The notes below the pieces were generated by a model. That model did no database searches. It saw only the letters and a list, made by a program, of their open reading frames with translations, and was not told the DNA's origin. This document shows, piece by piece, positions 39,335 through 52,796 of a DNA stretch of 64,000 nt; position 1 is the first letter of the stretch; the number at the start of each line of letters is the position of its first letter. Made by a program: the position numbers and the translations under genes. Source of the stretch: Octopus sinensis (Eukaryota); assembly GCF_006345805.1 (NCBI RefSeq), contig NC_043003.1, positions 108,190,001 to 108,254,000 of the forward strand, in the 5' to 3' direction.

Positions 39335-41159
39335 ATGTGTGTGTGTGTGCGTGTGTGTGTGCATGTATGTATATATGTATAAGTATATATATATATATAT
39401 ATCGATTTTAATTCTGGAACCCGGTAACGATAGAGCTATAAATAGTAACATGTAAATAATTCTGGATAAAAAAAAATCTGTGAAAAGAATCCAAGGCTGT
39501 CCTTGGAACAGGAATTTCCATCTTCTGTGGACACGACATACATTCTACCATTGTACCAAAGCAATCCATCGGATTTCTCAATTCATTTTAAAAGCTTTGA
39601 TCTTACTAGGATGTCTTATTTGTTGTTGCGTTACAAGAAATGGGAAAATTTGCGAAACATAAAAATGTATCGTTTTAAAGCTGGAATTTAAAACAGATAA
39701 ATCTATAAATAGTTGTGTGTAAATATTGGGTTAAGAACAATTAGGATGGAAAAAGTTATATTTACCCAATATTCACACGCTATTATTTATAAGTGAAGGT
39801 ACATGGCTCAGTTGTTAGAGCGTCGAACTTATAATTATAAGCATCGAACTTACATGCTTATAATTATAGAATTTTTGTTTAAGTTTACCGATAATGGTTC
39901 TTTTAACATACCGAACTACTTGGTGAAATTATTAATTATTAATTGATTAATTAATTTAACCCTTTATTATTATTGATAGTGTATATATATATAACTATAA
40001 ATGTTTCATTCTACATATGCATTATATACGCTACTAATAGCTTCACGTTCATCAGGTGCTGATTGAACTATGCAAACAAGAGGCTTACGTTGAAATAGAG
40101 GACAGGCGTGAAGCGACACGAAAGCAAAACGTACCTAATGGAACATTCCATCGAGATGGGTGAATGAATAATAAAAAAAAAAGAACAACAAGAAACAAAT
40201 TTGTAAATAAATATATAAATAAAAATTATATATAAAAATATCAAAAGGTATATTAAAAGTATATTAAAATATATTGAAATATAATTTTAGAAAACTATGA
40301 AGACGTGAATAAAGATGACAAGTAGGAAGGAAATGCAAAATGTAAATCTATGAAATATAGAAGAAAAGCTGAAATTGTATGATACAATGACTCTAAAGAG
40401 CTCAAAGACCATACAAACTCATGCATTTACAAAGCCAGACACGGTACATACATCTATACAAATTATATTAAATATACATTATAAATAAATATACATAAAT
40501 TCGTGTAAATATAAGCGGAAAAATCTAATAGAGAATATATCTAAATCGTGAAAATATAAGTGGAAAAATGTGAAGGTCGATAATATGATACAAAAGGAAA
40601 TGACAGGGTGGAAAAATTGTAAATGTTGATATAGCTCGGCGTTATTATATATGTATCCTAAGCGTTATGAAAAATGCGAAAATGTAGATTAAAATTAGAA
40701 AAAATCTTAGAAAAGAATTTTTTTAAAAATTTTATTGAGAAAAAAAATTTAGAAAAATAATTTGGTCAGTCCGGTATCGGTGGGATCTTCCAATTTTTTT
40801 AGAATATATTTAGACATATGCTTACACCTACTGAAGATCTCTGATCTTGAATTCAAAATTGAGTTCGGAATTTTAGATCTGAATAGAAGTTGCGCCCTCT
40901 CAGCCAAGCAAAGCCTATATTTATTGGATCCATTCATGTATGGCATCGACTTTTCTATTATTTTTCATCTTATAATATATGGAACAATGGTCGTTTTCAG
41001 TGCCCAAATGTAGCTCGCCAACTTTATAGCTTTACCCTTCACACTATGGTGGAAGGTTGCCATATGATTGGTGTACCGTTTTATAAATTTTTTATATTTT
41101 TCTTTTTGTTTTTTATTAGTCATATATATATATATATATATATATGTGTGTATTTATAC

Positions 41160-41362
41160 GTGCCTTTTTGCATTTGTCCCCCATCACCGCTTGACTGTCG
41201 GTGTTGGTGTGTATATGTCCCCGTAACTCAGTGGTTCGGCAAAAGAGACCGATAGAATAAGTAGTAGGCTTTCAAAGAGTAACTCCTGGAGTCTATTTCT
41301 TCGACAAAAGGCGGTGCTCCAGTATGGCCGCAGTCAAATGACTGAAACAAATAAAAGAAAAG
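41160..41362 (+). mobile_element. S2 SINE 3' part
   Basis: ggttcggcaaaagagaccgatagaataagta...ggcggtgctccagtatggccgcagtcaaatgactgaaacaaataaaaga. Confidence 0.85.
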
Positions 41363-41441
41363 AATCCAAGAAACTATATGTGTGTGTGTCTGTGTGTGTG
41401 TCTGTGTGTCTGTGTGTGTGTGTGTGTGTTTGTGTGCGTGT

Positions 41442-41742
41442 GGAGGCACATGGCCTAGTTGTTAGGGCAGCAGACTCGCGGTCGAGGGATCGCGGGTTCG
41501 AATCTCAGACCAGGCGATGTGTATGTTTATGAGCAAAAACACCTAAGCTCCACGCGGCTCCAGCAAAAGGTAATGGCGAACTTCTGTTGACTCTTTCGCC
41601 ACAACTTTCTCTCACTCTTTCCTCCTGCATCTAGCAGCTCACCTGCGATGGACCAGTGTCCCATCCAGGTGGGGAACCTATACGCCAATGTAACGGGGAA
41701 ACCGGCCCATTATGAGCCAGGCATGGCTTGAGAAGGAACAAA
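41442..41742 (+). mobile_element. tRNA-derived SINE, family S4 (body with a V-domain-like segment)
   Basis: tRNA head tggcctagttgttagggcagc...gggttcgaatctc; body cctgcgatggaccagtgtcccatccagg resembles, from memory, the V-SINE motif. Confidence 0.7.
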
Positions 41743-41744
41743 TA

Positions 41745-42235
41745 TCATTTCGTCTGTCTTTGCGTTCTAACTTCAAATTTCGCCGAGGTCGTCTTTGCCT
41801 TTCAACCTTTCGGAGTCGATAAAATAAGTACCACCTGAACACTGGGGTCAGTGTAATCGATTTATGCCTGTCCCTGAAATTACTGGCCTTGACCCAAAAT
41901 TTGAAATTAATATTCCTTCTGGTTCGGGTGGTGAGTTGGCAGAATCGTTTGCGCATGCGTAACGGAATTCCTTCCGTCTTCACGTTTTGCCTTCAAATTC
42001 TGCCGAGATCGATTTGCTTCTCATTATTCGTGATCGATAAAATAAGAACCAGTTGAACTCTGGGGGTCGATGTAATCGATTGCCCCTCCCTCAAAATTGA
42101 TGGCCTTGTGCCAAAATTGAAAACCGGTAGCTTTTCCACCTTTTATATTTTGAGTTCGAATCCTGCTGAGATCAAAGTTGCTTTCTCTTTTGTCCAGCAT
42201 CAATATAATAAAGTGCCAGTTAAGTACTGCTTTCG
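41745..42235 (+). mobile_element. Cluster of three S1 SINE copies or fragments
   Basis: Repeated ttcaaatt..gccgag.tcg..tttgc, gtcgataaaataag, ggccttg motifs. Confidence 0.8.
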
Positions 42236-42476
42236 GAATTCCGGGCCTTATATCTAAATTACAAACAATGTATGTGTGTTCATGCATGCATTCATGCATG
42301 AATGCATGTATATATGACGAGATAATGAGAGAGAGAGAGAGAGAGAGAGAGAAACGTGTAGCTGTGTGTCTATGTGAGTAAATGAGTGATTTGTGAATCT
42401 GTTTTTGCGTAGGTGTTTATGCAGTTGTTATCTCGTTCCATTTGTCCAACTGTTTCTTTCCTTTTACTTCTCGCCC

Positions 42477-42516
<40 letters not shown>

Positions 42517-42537
42517 TCTCTCTTTCTCTCTCTTTCC

Positions 42538-42592
<55 letters not shown>

Positions 42593-42601
42593 CATATATA
42601 T

Positions 42602-42632
<31 letters not shown>

Positions 42633-42787
42633 GATATATATATATATATGCATGTGCTTATATGGATATTTATATTTATATATGCGTATATACATACACT
42701 TACACACACATTTATGCATAAAGATAGGGGGGAAAAGGAAATACGGAGAGAAATTCAATCGCTCTTTGCTTTTTCGAGTTTTCATAT

Positions 42788-42848
<61 letters not shown>

Positions 42849-43457
42849 ATTTATTTATATTTGCAATTATGCATGAAGGTATTTCTCTGTTATCATGTGT
42901 GTACACAATTATTTCTTTCCATGACTATGTATTTTAATAGAAAATATTTTTACTTTCGTGTTTTGTGATGTAAGGAACCGTAACACAAGCGAGGGGAAAA
43001 AAATAAAAGATAGAATTTAGACGGATAAAAAAAAAGTCTTACAAAAATTAATATAAAATCTATCGTTAACATTTTTTTTTAGCCATAATATGCATGAAAT
43101 GTTGCTGAACGTTTGATATTTTCTTAGATGGTGAGACTGGGAAAATTTCCTCGGTTGTAACAAAGAGATTGGTCACATAAAAGAGAATTTCACGTGTTGA
43201 ATGCAAATATTTAATGCTTCATTTAAACGAACAGAGTTCAGCAAATACATTTTACTTGCACTGAAGCATAACAATAGAGTTTGATTTGTTGATTTACAAA
43301 GGAAGTTACTGCGGAATGCATCTTCATCACGACGGAAATCAAGATAACTAAATAAGCGATTTAAACCGGATGTCAAGCGGAGAGACTATATCGCATTGAT
43401 GTTGACAGCCGAACGGAGAAGACAAACGCCAGCATGGCAGCTCAGTGCAAATCAACA

Positions 43458-43548
<91 letters not shown>

Positions 43549-44229
43549 TATTCGTTCTACAATAATGATAATTAAATCCCACTCTGATTTGTTTTGTCTC
43601 TGTAATGCCATTGCACGTTTGTAAGAGAAATAAAGGGAGAAAGGTAGACTAAAGTAATGAGAGGAGGACAGAAGGGAATAGAAAGAGAAAGAGGAACAGA
43701 GAGAGAGAGAGAGAGACTGAGCGACAGAGACAGAGACAGAGAGAAGGAATGTAATTTCGTTTGCAACTTAGTAACTCGAAGTGTTGCGTATGTGTCATGT
43801 ATGTGTGAGTGTGAGTATGCGTGTTTTAAGTTTCGATAATTTGGTTGCTATTACAGTTCATTGCTATTCTTGTAGCTATTATTGTTGTATGTGCAGCGCA
43901 ACCCTGCACAACTCTGCATGAATAGTCCGATTCTAGTGGGTGTTATCCCCAGCCCATTTCCTGAAAACTGTCAAATTAACCCTGCCTGTTATTATTCATT
44001 TAACCAAGAATAATTATATGCAAAACATTTCTTTCTTTGTCTCTTTTTAATTATCTTTCTATTTACCTATCTATTTCTATATTTTTGCATCTATCTATCT
44101 CTATCTATCTTTCTACCTGTCACTATATATCTCTATCTATCTACCTCGCCTAAAGATTATTTTACGATATACCTTAAGATTTTAGCTGTTATTGCGTTTG
44201 TAAATTAATTAAATGAATTAAATTTACTA

Positions 44230-45480
44230 TTGGATTGGCAACAAAGTTCCCGCCGTTTTTTTAAATTTTGGAATTTATTGCCTTTTTTAAATTTTGAAAT
44301 CTATTTTTTTCGAGAATTCTATTTTTGAATCATTTTAGAATCTTTTTTTTAGTTAATTTTAGTTAATTTTTGTTTATTTTCAGATCATCAAAATGGAATG
44401 TCAAGAAAAACGAGCATTTTCTACACTTCCTTCTTTGTGCTTTTACTCAAGGGTCTAAGGACGCAAAAGCTGCTCGCGTCATTTGTGCTGTGTATGGAGA
44501 GGGTACCATAGCTGAAAGAACCACTCGTGATTGGTATACCCAGTTCAAAAATGGAATTTTGATCTGAAAGACGAACCTTGTTCTGGCCGTCCAGTTTGAG
44601 TTCGATGAAGAGCAATTAAACCAACTTTTGCACGAACATTTTCGTCGAACGACAAGGGAACTGGCAGAGAAAATGGAATGCTCCCACACGGCTATAGAGA
44701 AGCATCTTCCCTCGATGGGAAAGGTTCAGAAGTATGGAGCATGAGTTCCGCATGCTTTAAGTGACAACAAAAATCAACGAGCCACAATCTCCGCTGGTTT
44801 GCTTGTTCGTCACCGCTCAACTCATGGACACAAGCAACGATTTCTTTACCGAATCATTACTGGCGACGAAAAATGGTGCCTGTACATCAAATATGAAGCA
44901 GCGTAAGGAATGGCTTAGTCCCGGTAAATAAGCGACACCGCGAGTGAAACAAGATCTTCATCCGCGTAAAACGATGTTGTGCGTATGGTGGGACTGGGAA
45001 GAGATTATCCATTGCGAATTGCTTGAACGGAACCAAACGGTCAACGCATAACTCTATGTTCAGCAGATGGAACGGCTCAACACGGCTATTCAAAAGAAAA
45101 GACCTAATCAGCAGCCTGGGGTTCTTCTACTGCACGACAACATCCGCCCTCATATAGCCAATATGACCAAGGAAGCCATTCAAACGCATGGCTAGGAAGT
45201 GCTGCCACACCCGCTGTACTCTCCTGATTTGGCACCAACAGATTTCCACTTGCTTTGATCACTTTCAAATGCTATGCAGAATTGAGAGTTTGGTTGGATC
45301 AATTTTTAGAGTCGAAATCGGGTGATTTCTACCAACGAGGTATTGAAAATCTTGTTGAACGTTGGGATGAAGTTGTAAACAACAAGGATGAATACATTAT
45401 TGATTAATTAGTTATTTTTTATGAAACCTTTAAAAAAATTTAAATTAAAAAAAACGGCGGGAACTTAGTCGCCGACCTAA
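44230..45480 (+). mobile_element. Full-length decayed DD34D mariner (mellifera-like)
   Basis: TIRs ttggattggcaacaaagttcccgccgttttttt and (inward) ttaggtcggcgactaagttcccgccgttttttt, TA on both sides, 1251 bp. Motifs RIITGDEKW, LHDNIRPH, HPLYSPDLAPTDFH. Stops and frameshifts. Confidence 0.93.
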
Positions 45481-47469
45481 TAGATACACAAGACAGTCGG
45501 AAATGGCTGTCATATTTACTCTGATCAACAAACGAGAGACCAACTGGAATCAACCGTTTGTAGTTTATGAAACTTCATCAGTAATTGAAAATTCCACATT
45601 CTGAAGCCATTTTTATCTAAATCAGGTCAACTGATTTGCATGTCAGCTGTTCACGACCACTTATTACTTACCAATCAAAAGGTCTATATATACCTAATAG
45701 TCTTTCATAAAAGGGCGCCAAAGACAAAATCGTAAATGATACTCCTGTACGTTGTTCACAACTGGGATTCTAGTTCATTATGCCTTTACCGGTTACCACA
45801 GCAACTGACCGTAGTAACTTCTTAATGTGTCTACCCTGTCGAAAGTTATTTTTACGTCTGTACACAGTGATTCGGGTTCAATTCCTAGGCAGTGAACTGG
45901 TGTTCCGGACTCCTCCAATATTCCTCCAACGCATCTAACTTCTTACCGCTCTATCTTTCTATCATTGTATTTAGCTAACTACTTACCTACCTATCAACAT
46001 GCCTAGATACTTATCTAGTGATCTATGAATGAATCTATCTATTTAAACAGCGGTGAATGTTTGCGTGTCTGATTTGAATAACTATCACTCATAAACTTTA
46101 GTGCTTTTGATTTTGCTTGTACACTTTTTGCTGAGTAGTTCTGATCAGATTCTAGAACAGATTTAGCAAAGAGTTTATCAGTCAACCGAATGCATTGTTA
46201 TTGAAACGTATTCTTAGATATTTATTTGTCTAGGTTTTCATTTTTTTGTAGTTAATGTATATTTATGTGTGGATGTCGATATGTGAGCGTGTGCATATGT
46301 GCGTGTGTTTGTATGTGCATATGAGTGCATGAACGTGTGTGTGATCACTCTTCTTTCTTCCCCTTCTCTCTCTATCTCTCTCTTTCTCGCACACACAAGG
46401 TTTCTCTCCCTTTCTCCTCACACTGTTCTTTCTCTCTTTCTTTCTGCCTCGCTGTGTCACTCTCTCATTCTCTCTGCCTCTTCTGTTTGTCTCTCTCTCT
46501 CTCTCTCTCCCTCTTTCTTTCTCTCTCTTCCTCTGCGCTTATCTTTGTTCTCCATATCATTGTTCTCTATGTACTACAATTCTCCTTCTCCATAATTGAT
46601 CACTCTTCTTTCTTCCCCTTCTCTCTCTTTCTAGCTCTCTCTTTCTCAGTCTCTCTCCCACAACATATCTGAGTTAGCCATCACAAAGACTGTAACTTTT
46701 GTGTACCTGTTACTTTTACCCACACTCACACACATGCACACACAAACATACGAAATTTTATCATAGATAAGATTCAAAATGAAACCTCAGTGAATTTGAT
46801 CCCAGGACAGAAAGAGACGTAAATAAAAACTGTTCTGCACTTAGTTACAACGTCTATTATTTGAATCATTCCACCTTCTTAATTTACGAAATCAATAACA
46901 CGATGGTGTGGAGAGTTATCGATTTAGCCTCCGCCTCTACTACTTTGCAATAGAGAAGAAAAATCTTATAGCCAAGAAATATATCATTAATTTTGTTTAT
47001 GATTAAAGTGTAGCCTTTTAGATACAATACATGTTGTTGATACAGTGAAGTTGATGATAAGGGATGCAATATGAAGCATTCTGCTTGAATGCTTCGAACA
47101 ACTGAACTGTAAGGTGTTGTGAATAATAAAATAGAAAGCAGTTGAATTTTGATCAGATGAATTAGCTATATTTTAACGCCTGTATCCTCTATCAACGTTT
47201 TTATGTTTCATAAAACTTGCTAATATATCAAAATTTTCAACCAGGAATTAACTGATAATTTTTTTCATGGAATCTATATCGGCAGAAAGATAACGAAAGG
47301 AGACAACAAACAGACTACTAAAGTAAACCTTTCTGTCGAAATGATAACGATTGATTGGTTAAATGTTTTGATAAATGCTTATTTTTTAATATAGCCATGC
47401 CTTAAAAATTACAGTTATTTCGCTCACACAATTAACACAAATTTGCCTCATTTTAACCCTTTCACTTTC

Positions 47470-47760
47470 ACTTTCAGTGAACCTCGTTTTGCTCTATCGA
47501 CCAGATTATCGGATGATGTTATACACTGCTAGTCACAATGCACTTCCTTGCATTGTTGTAGCTTTTAAATGATGCCATCCAACCAGCTATGAAGTCAGGA
47601 CAACATACCTCTAAATTGAGTAACCCTGAGATAGCTGATTGTACTAGTGCAATGTGAAATTTAGTGTTCTGTTCAAGAACACAACAACGCACCGCCCAGT
47701 CCAGGAATCGAAACCACGGTTCTGCGATCGTGAGTGCAACACTCAATCATTAGGCCATCC
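47470..47760 (-). mobile_element. tRNA-derived SINE, family S3
   Basis: Minus strand: atggcctaatgattgagtgttgcactcacgatcgcagaaccgtggtttcgattcctggac head, then gttgtgttcttgaacagaacact body. Confidence 0.65.
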
Positions 47761-48057
47761 TACTTCAATAATATAGTCCGAAAATTATAAATTAGCTAAT
47801 TTTCCAATCCAAACCAAATGTACGCGTGGCACAAGGAAGCCGAATCACGGAAGCCGAGTCACGGAAGCCAGATAGAATGCAAGGAACAGTGGAAGATTGA
47901 GGACTTGAAATTGGTTTGGTATAGAAGCAGTTTTGGTGACAGATTACACTCATTTCCATAGGAAATCATTTATATGCTAAAGAATATTTCCAAATACTCG
48001 AAAAGGGTATATTAACCTTCTATGTCAACAAAGGAATTGATTAGAAGAGCAATTCTT

Positions 48058-48485
48058 GGATCTTTTCTGTTTGAACGGCAGTTTTTTTCTAGCGGTGTCA
48101 TATGAAATTGTCACCCATAATTATGACCCTAGTATCGATCTATTGAATTTCAATCTGTTTTAGGGTTAGGGTTAGAGTTAGGGTTAGGGGGAGGGGAAGG
48201 GTATCTTTTTTTCTTCAGAAATGTAAATAAACCCAATCTGTTTCTTAAACGACGGACATATTCATACGGCACAGAATGTTTTCACCTCAATAGACATCAC
48301 TGATTGGTTAAAATTGAAGAAATTGAAGAAAAAAACAATAAATATCTTAAAAAGTATAGAATTTTCTCAATAAAGCCGAGAGAAAAAGATGTTTTATAAA
48401 CACATTCTACCAGTATACGAAGTTTAAAAGTGTTTAGTTACGTGGAAATTATTTTAAAAAGCTGCCGGTCAAACCGAAAAGATCC
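48058..48485. mobile_element. 428-bp MITE with 8-bp TSD and internal telomeric repeats (Merlin-like termini)
   Basis: TIRs ggatcttttctgtttgaacggcag / ggatcttttcggtttgaccggcag; exact TSD caattctt (48050-48057, 48486-48493); five TTAGGG-type units at 48160-48189. Confidence 0.88.
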
Positions 48486-48897
48486 CAATTCTTTCCAAGA
48501 AGATTGAACCTGGTACCACGCAAGTAACGTATTCCATGGTAGGAAAATAGTTCACACTATCAAATCTCTTCTAAAATCAGTTGTTCTAAAGCTCTGATCT
48601 TAATCCAATAAAACACGAGTATGAAAATCTTGGCAGAAATTTGCTGAATGAAGTACTGAGCAACGAATGGATAAACACAGATCAACCTGTCATTGATAAT
48701 CTAATTAAATCCCTATCTAACTAGGTGAAAGTCATGATATTAATTAAAGAACTATAAATACTAAAACAAAATGTCATAGAATTTGGATGATTTTTCAAGT
48801 AATTAATTTATATCAAATTAACATTGTGTTTCATTACGTATACTAAAAGATAGTTTAGACCACTGTCTTTCTTTCTTTCTTTCTTTCTATCCATCTC

Positions 48898-48951
<54 letters not shown>

Positions 48952-49012
48952 ATATATATATATGCATATATATATATATACATACATATATATATATACA
49001 CACACATATATA

Positions 49013-49064
<52 letters not shown>

Positions 49065-49166
49065 CTGTGTGTGTGTGTGTGTGTATGTATAGGTTTATGA
49101 TTTTGTTTTTGCAGGATTCCTCATGTAAAATCGTGTGTTGAAACAGATATTGTTATATTTCGGAAC

Positions 49167-49410
49167 GGTCATGTTTTCCTTTCCAAACAAACACACGCAC
49201 TACGTATTCGTACTTCACTCGTTTGTTATTGTTCCTATTTTATCTTATGGCTATTGCCTGGATAGTCTTCTCCTCAGGGTCACTGAAGAGGTCACAGATG
49301 TGTGACGAAAAGTTTCCAGACAATGGACATAAGATAAAATAGGAACAATAATTAACGAGTGAAGAACGAATATGTAATGCGTGTGTTTATTTGGCAAAGA
49401 AAAAATGACC
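49167..49410 (+). ncRNA. Fold-back element with a hammerhead-ribozyme-like core in its loop
   Basis: ~96-bp imperfect inverted arms (49167-49262 and 49313-49410). Loop has CTGAAGA-G-GTCACA-gatg-TGTGAC-GAAA-A-gt-T-TC (49283-49316). Stem I not convincingly paired. Confidence 0.6.
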
Positions 49411-49482
49411 ATCCTGATATAGGACAATATATGTATGTGTGTGTGTGCGTGTGTGTATGTGTGTTTCTATATATATGTATGT

Positions 49483-49556
<74 letters not shown>

Positions 49557-49589
49557 TCAAAATGTGACAGCGTGTGTATCGTTGGCCTT

Positions 49590-49770
49590 TTTTTTTCCTC
49601 TGTATTCTCTTCCTTGGATCTTTCCTTTCCCCCTATGCTTCTGACGAAGAGCTCCGCTCGAAACAATATATCCTCCTTCTTTCTTCCCTTTCCTGAGCGT
49701 CCAATAACGCTATACTTGTTCCACGTCCTTGCGCTGTTGTGTTTTCTCTTTGTGTTTTCATGTTTGAATT
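49590..49770 (+). mobile_element. Penelope-type terminal fragment with hammerhead-like core
   Basis: CTGACGA-A-GAGC-tcc-GCTC-GAAAC at 49641-49664 in a pyrimidine-rich segment ending at (TA)n. Stem III and cleavage site not intact. Confidence 0.5.
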
Positions 49771-49934
49771 AACTATATATATATATATATGTATATATCT
49801 GTAAAAAAATATGTGAGAATTATTCAGTAGCCAAGTAGCTACTGAATAATTGTCACATATTTTTTACAGATAAATTCCTCTATTTACGTAATATTTAGGT
49901 ATCTTTCTTTCTTCTGTTATCTTACCGTTTTTTA

Positions 49935-49997
<63 letters not shown>

Positions 49998-50029
49998 ATA
50001 TATATATATATATTATATACATGCGTGTA

Positions 50030-50300
50030 TGTCTATGTTCTCTTCTGCTTTTAGGTATTTAAATTTTTCGTCTGAGGAAGGAGTTGTTTTCTTACAAAAA
50101 TACAAAGCTCCATCGTTGAAAGGCAGACGATTAAAATAATGCCACATTTTAAATTTCAGAAAAGTCGCCTTGCACATTTTTACTGATCCGCTTACGGATT
50201 GGGTTCGTAATGTGCAAATCAGTTGGTTGATTTCTCGTGCTGAAAACCCTAGCTTATCCAAATTGTCACTTAGGCATTTACTCACAAAACCAAATATACC
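50030..50300 (-). mobile_element. Possible extreme 3' end of another REL-type LINE
   Basis: Minus-strand IGIFGFVSKCLSDNLDKLGFSAREINQLICTLRTQSVSGSVKM resembles REL C-termini (G.RG.V...L..LG...I..L...A..GS..I). Short and weak. Confidence 0.3.
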
Positions 50301-50602
50301 AATTTTATATATGCAGGTATATTTAGATATGCATGTATATACATATATATATATATATTACTAAACACACACACACATATATATATATGCTTTTATACAT
50401 ACTCACTCACACACACACGGTCGTGCAATATTCCGTACTTTTACGAAAATTTTCATTCGGTTGGCTGCATTCAGCGTTTGTATTTTAAATGGTAATTTTC
50501 TGGTTACGTAAACGAGGCTTGACTTTGAACCGACGATTCACTATCATTGACGAAGCTTATTCTCTGTAAATCTTATATATAATAAAACGGAAGATTGTGC
50601 GT

Positions 50603-50670
<68 letters not shown>

Positions 50671-50929
50671 AGGCCTTTTCCTTGATCCCCCTTAAAATCA
50701 ATATTTTTCATCCAATTTCGTTTACGCGGGGAACATACATCACTTATGTTCCAGAGATGGTCATAAAATCTTCAGAGTTTCTACATAATGAATAATGCCG
50801 CCCCTAGAGAACGAAAACACATTCTCATAGGTAAATAACAAAAGCTAACGATCGTTTCTTCCAGGGACATTGCTCTTGATGACGTAGTTATATTTGCACA
50901 TTAGCACTTCCTTGAGGTAGCCATGCAAT

Positions 50930-52201
50930 TCAAATCAACTTTTAATTATTTTTTAAACGCAATTTTATCATAGTTTTTTTATTATATTTTGGTGAATTTC
51001 GAAATACTTAATAATTAATGTATGCTCTTTAATAATTTTCTGCTTATTTCAGATAGAAAACATTCTTGAAGTATAGGCGCCCTTAATTATGAGCATGACA
51101 AAAAAAGAACCTTCGCATATTTTTCTTGCGTGATTTTAAGTTTGGGCCCAATACCTCCCAAACTGCTGCCAACATGAACAGAACCTGGGGAGAGGAGTCG
51201 AAAAGTGATCGCACAGTACGGAGGTGGTTTCAGAAATTCCATAGTGGTGATGAGAGCCTTGATAATGAAGAAGGTAGAGGATGGTCATGCAGTCTTGACA
51301 ACTGAACATTTGAAAGCAATTGTTGAACAAAATCCACGTCAAAGTGTCAGAGAAATGTTTCAGATACTTGGTGTCGGAATTGCAACGTCTCACGCAATCT
51401 GCAGAAGATTCGTAAAGTGAAAAAGCTCGATAAATGGGTACTGCATGAGCTCAATGAAAATCGAAAAGTTCGACATTTTGAAGTGTGCTCGATGCTCTTT
51501 CTGCGAAATACCAATGATCCATTTCTTGACCGAATAGTCACTTGTGACAAAAAGTGGATTCTTTATGATAACTGTAAACGATCAGGTCAATGGTTGGTCG
51601 TGATGAGTCCCCCTAACCTTTTCCCAAAGCCAAAGTTGCATCAGCAAAAGATTATGGTGACTGTCAGGTGGTCTGCAATTGATATTGTCCATTACAGCTT
51701 TCTGGAAGCGAATCGGAGAATTACAGCAGAGGTTAACTGCAATCAACTCGCTGAAATGCATGCTCACCTGCAAAACATGAGACCTGCATTGGTGAATCGG
51801 CGTCGCCCAATTCTGCTCCAAGATAATTCAAAGCCACATATTGCAAGAAAACCGCTGCAGAAGCTCACAGACTTGGGATACGAGGCTTTACCACATCTTC
51901 CATAGTCTCCTCATCTTTTCCCCACTGACTACCATTTTTAAAGCATTTAAACACGTTCTTAAGTGATAATACATTCGGGTTCAAACCAGAGGCGGAATCA
52001 GCTTTCGAAGATTTCTTAGTATCAAAGCCAACGAGTTTTTATCAACGAGGCATAAATAATATCCTTGATCGATAGCAGAGATGCATAGATGTTCACGGCT
52101 CATACTCAGACTAATCAACACATTTCTATTGTTAATTTTTTCCCGAATAAAATTATGTTTCTGGTTTCTTCTGAGATCAGCCATTGTTTTCAGAACAACC
52201 A
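50930..52201 (+). mobile_element. Decayed DD34D mariner (Hsmar1/cecropia-like)
   Basis: KKLDKWVLHEL, RIVTCDKKWILYDN, LQDNSKPH, HLP*SPHLFPTDYH with 34 spacing. 3' end ...cagaacaacca+TA; 5' TIR not recognisable. Confidence 0.9.
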
Positions 52202-52641
52202 TATATATATATTGCGTGTATGAATTTGTGAGCATATTTGTACGGAAATGCACTTCAGATATAAGTATAAAAAAATATGTGAAAATGCATTCATAGATTA
52301 TTAGGAAATATTATATAATTCATTAATAACTCAATACAACAGAAAGAGTTTAGAACAAGATTTAAGTGAGGAGGTTTATGTTGCCATTGACGACCGCCTT
52401 GATGATGATGATGATTAATAATGAAAAGGAAAGAAACCACTGTACTGGGATCTAAGAGTATTTTGTACTCTTTAAATGTATAACATAGGACCAGGGATGG
52501 GGGTAGAAATATAGAATAACGTATATGTATAAATATACGAATACATGTACGTATATTATATGCGTATGTATATGTGTGTATATATATTATAGATCTCTCT
52601 CTCTCTCTTTCTCTTTATATATATATAATATATATATATAT

Positions 52642-52681
<40 letters not shown>

Positions 52682-52796
52682 GTGCATACTCTCACGTATA
52701 TATGAATGGCAATGTCTGTGTGTGTATGCACGTATGATTATATTTATATATGAAGAGGATGTATGCAGTAAGTTGTTCATATATATATATATATAT

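Noticed and set aside
40749-41013. Short non-repetitive ORFs as host exons (also 43173-43376, 55700-55930)
   Set aside because: No recognisable domain, no coherent splice pattern; lengths expected by chance.
41442-41520. Functional tRNA genes here and at 36966, 39797, 47700 and S1/S2 heads
   Set aside because: A/B boxes present but cloverleaves incomplete; most continue into SINE bodies.
48160-48189. Interstitial telomere marking a chromosome fusion or healing site
   Set aside because: Only five units, lying inside a MITE with TIRs and a TSD.
51092-51960. Domesticated mariner (SETMAR-like) gene
   Set aside because: Frameshifts and stops, altered catalytic motif (TCDKK), no SET domain or splice link.
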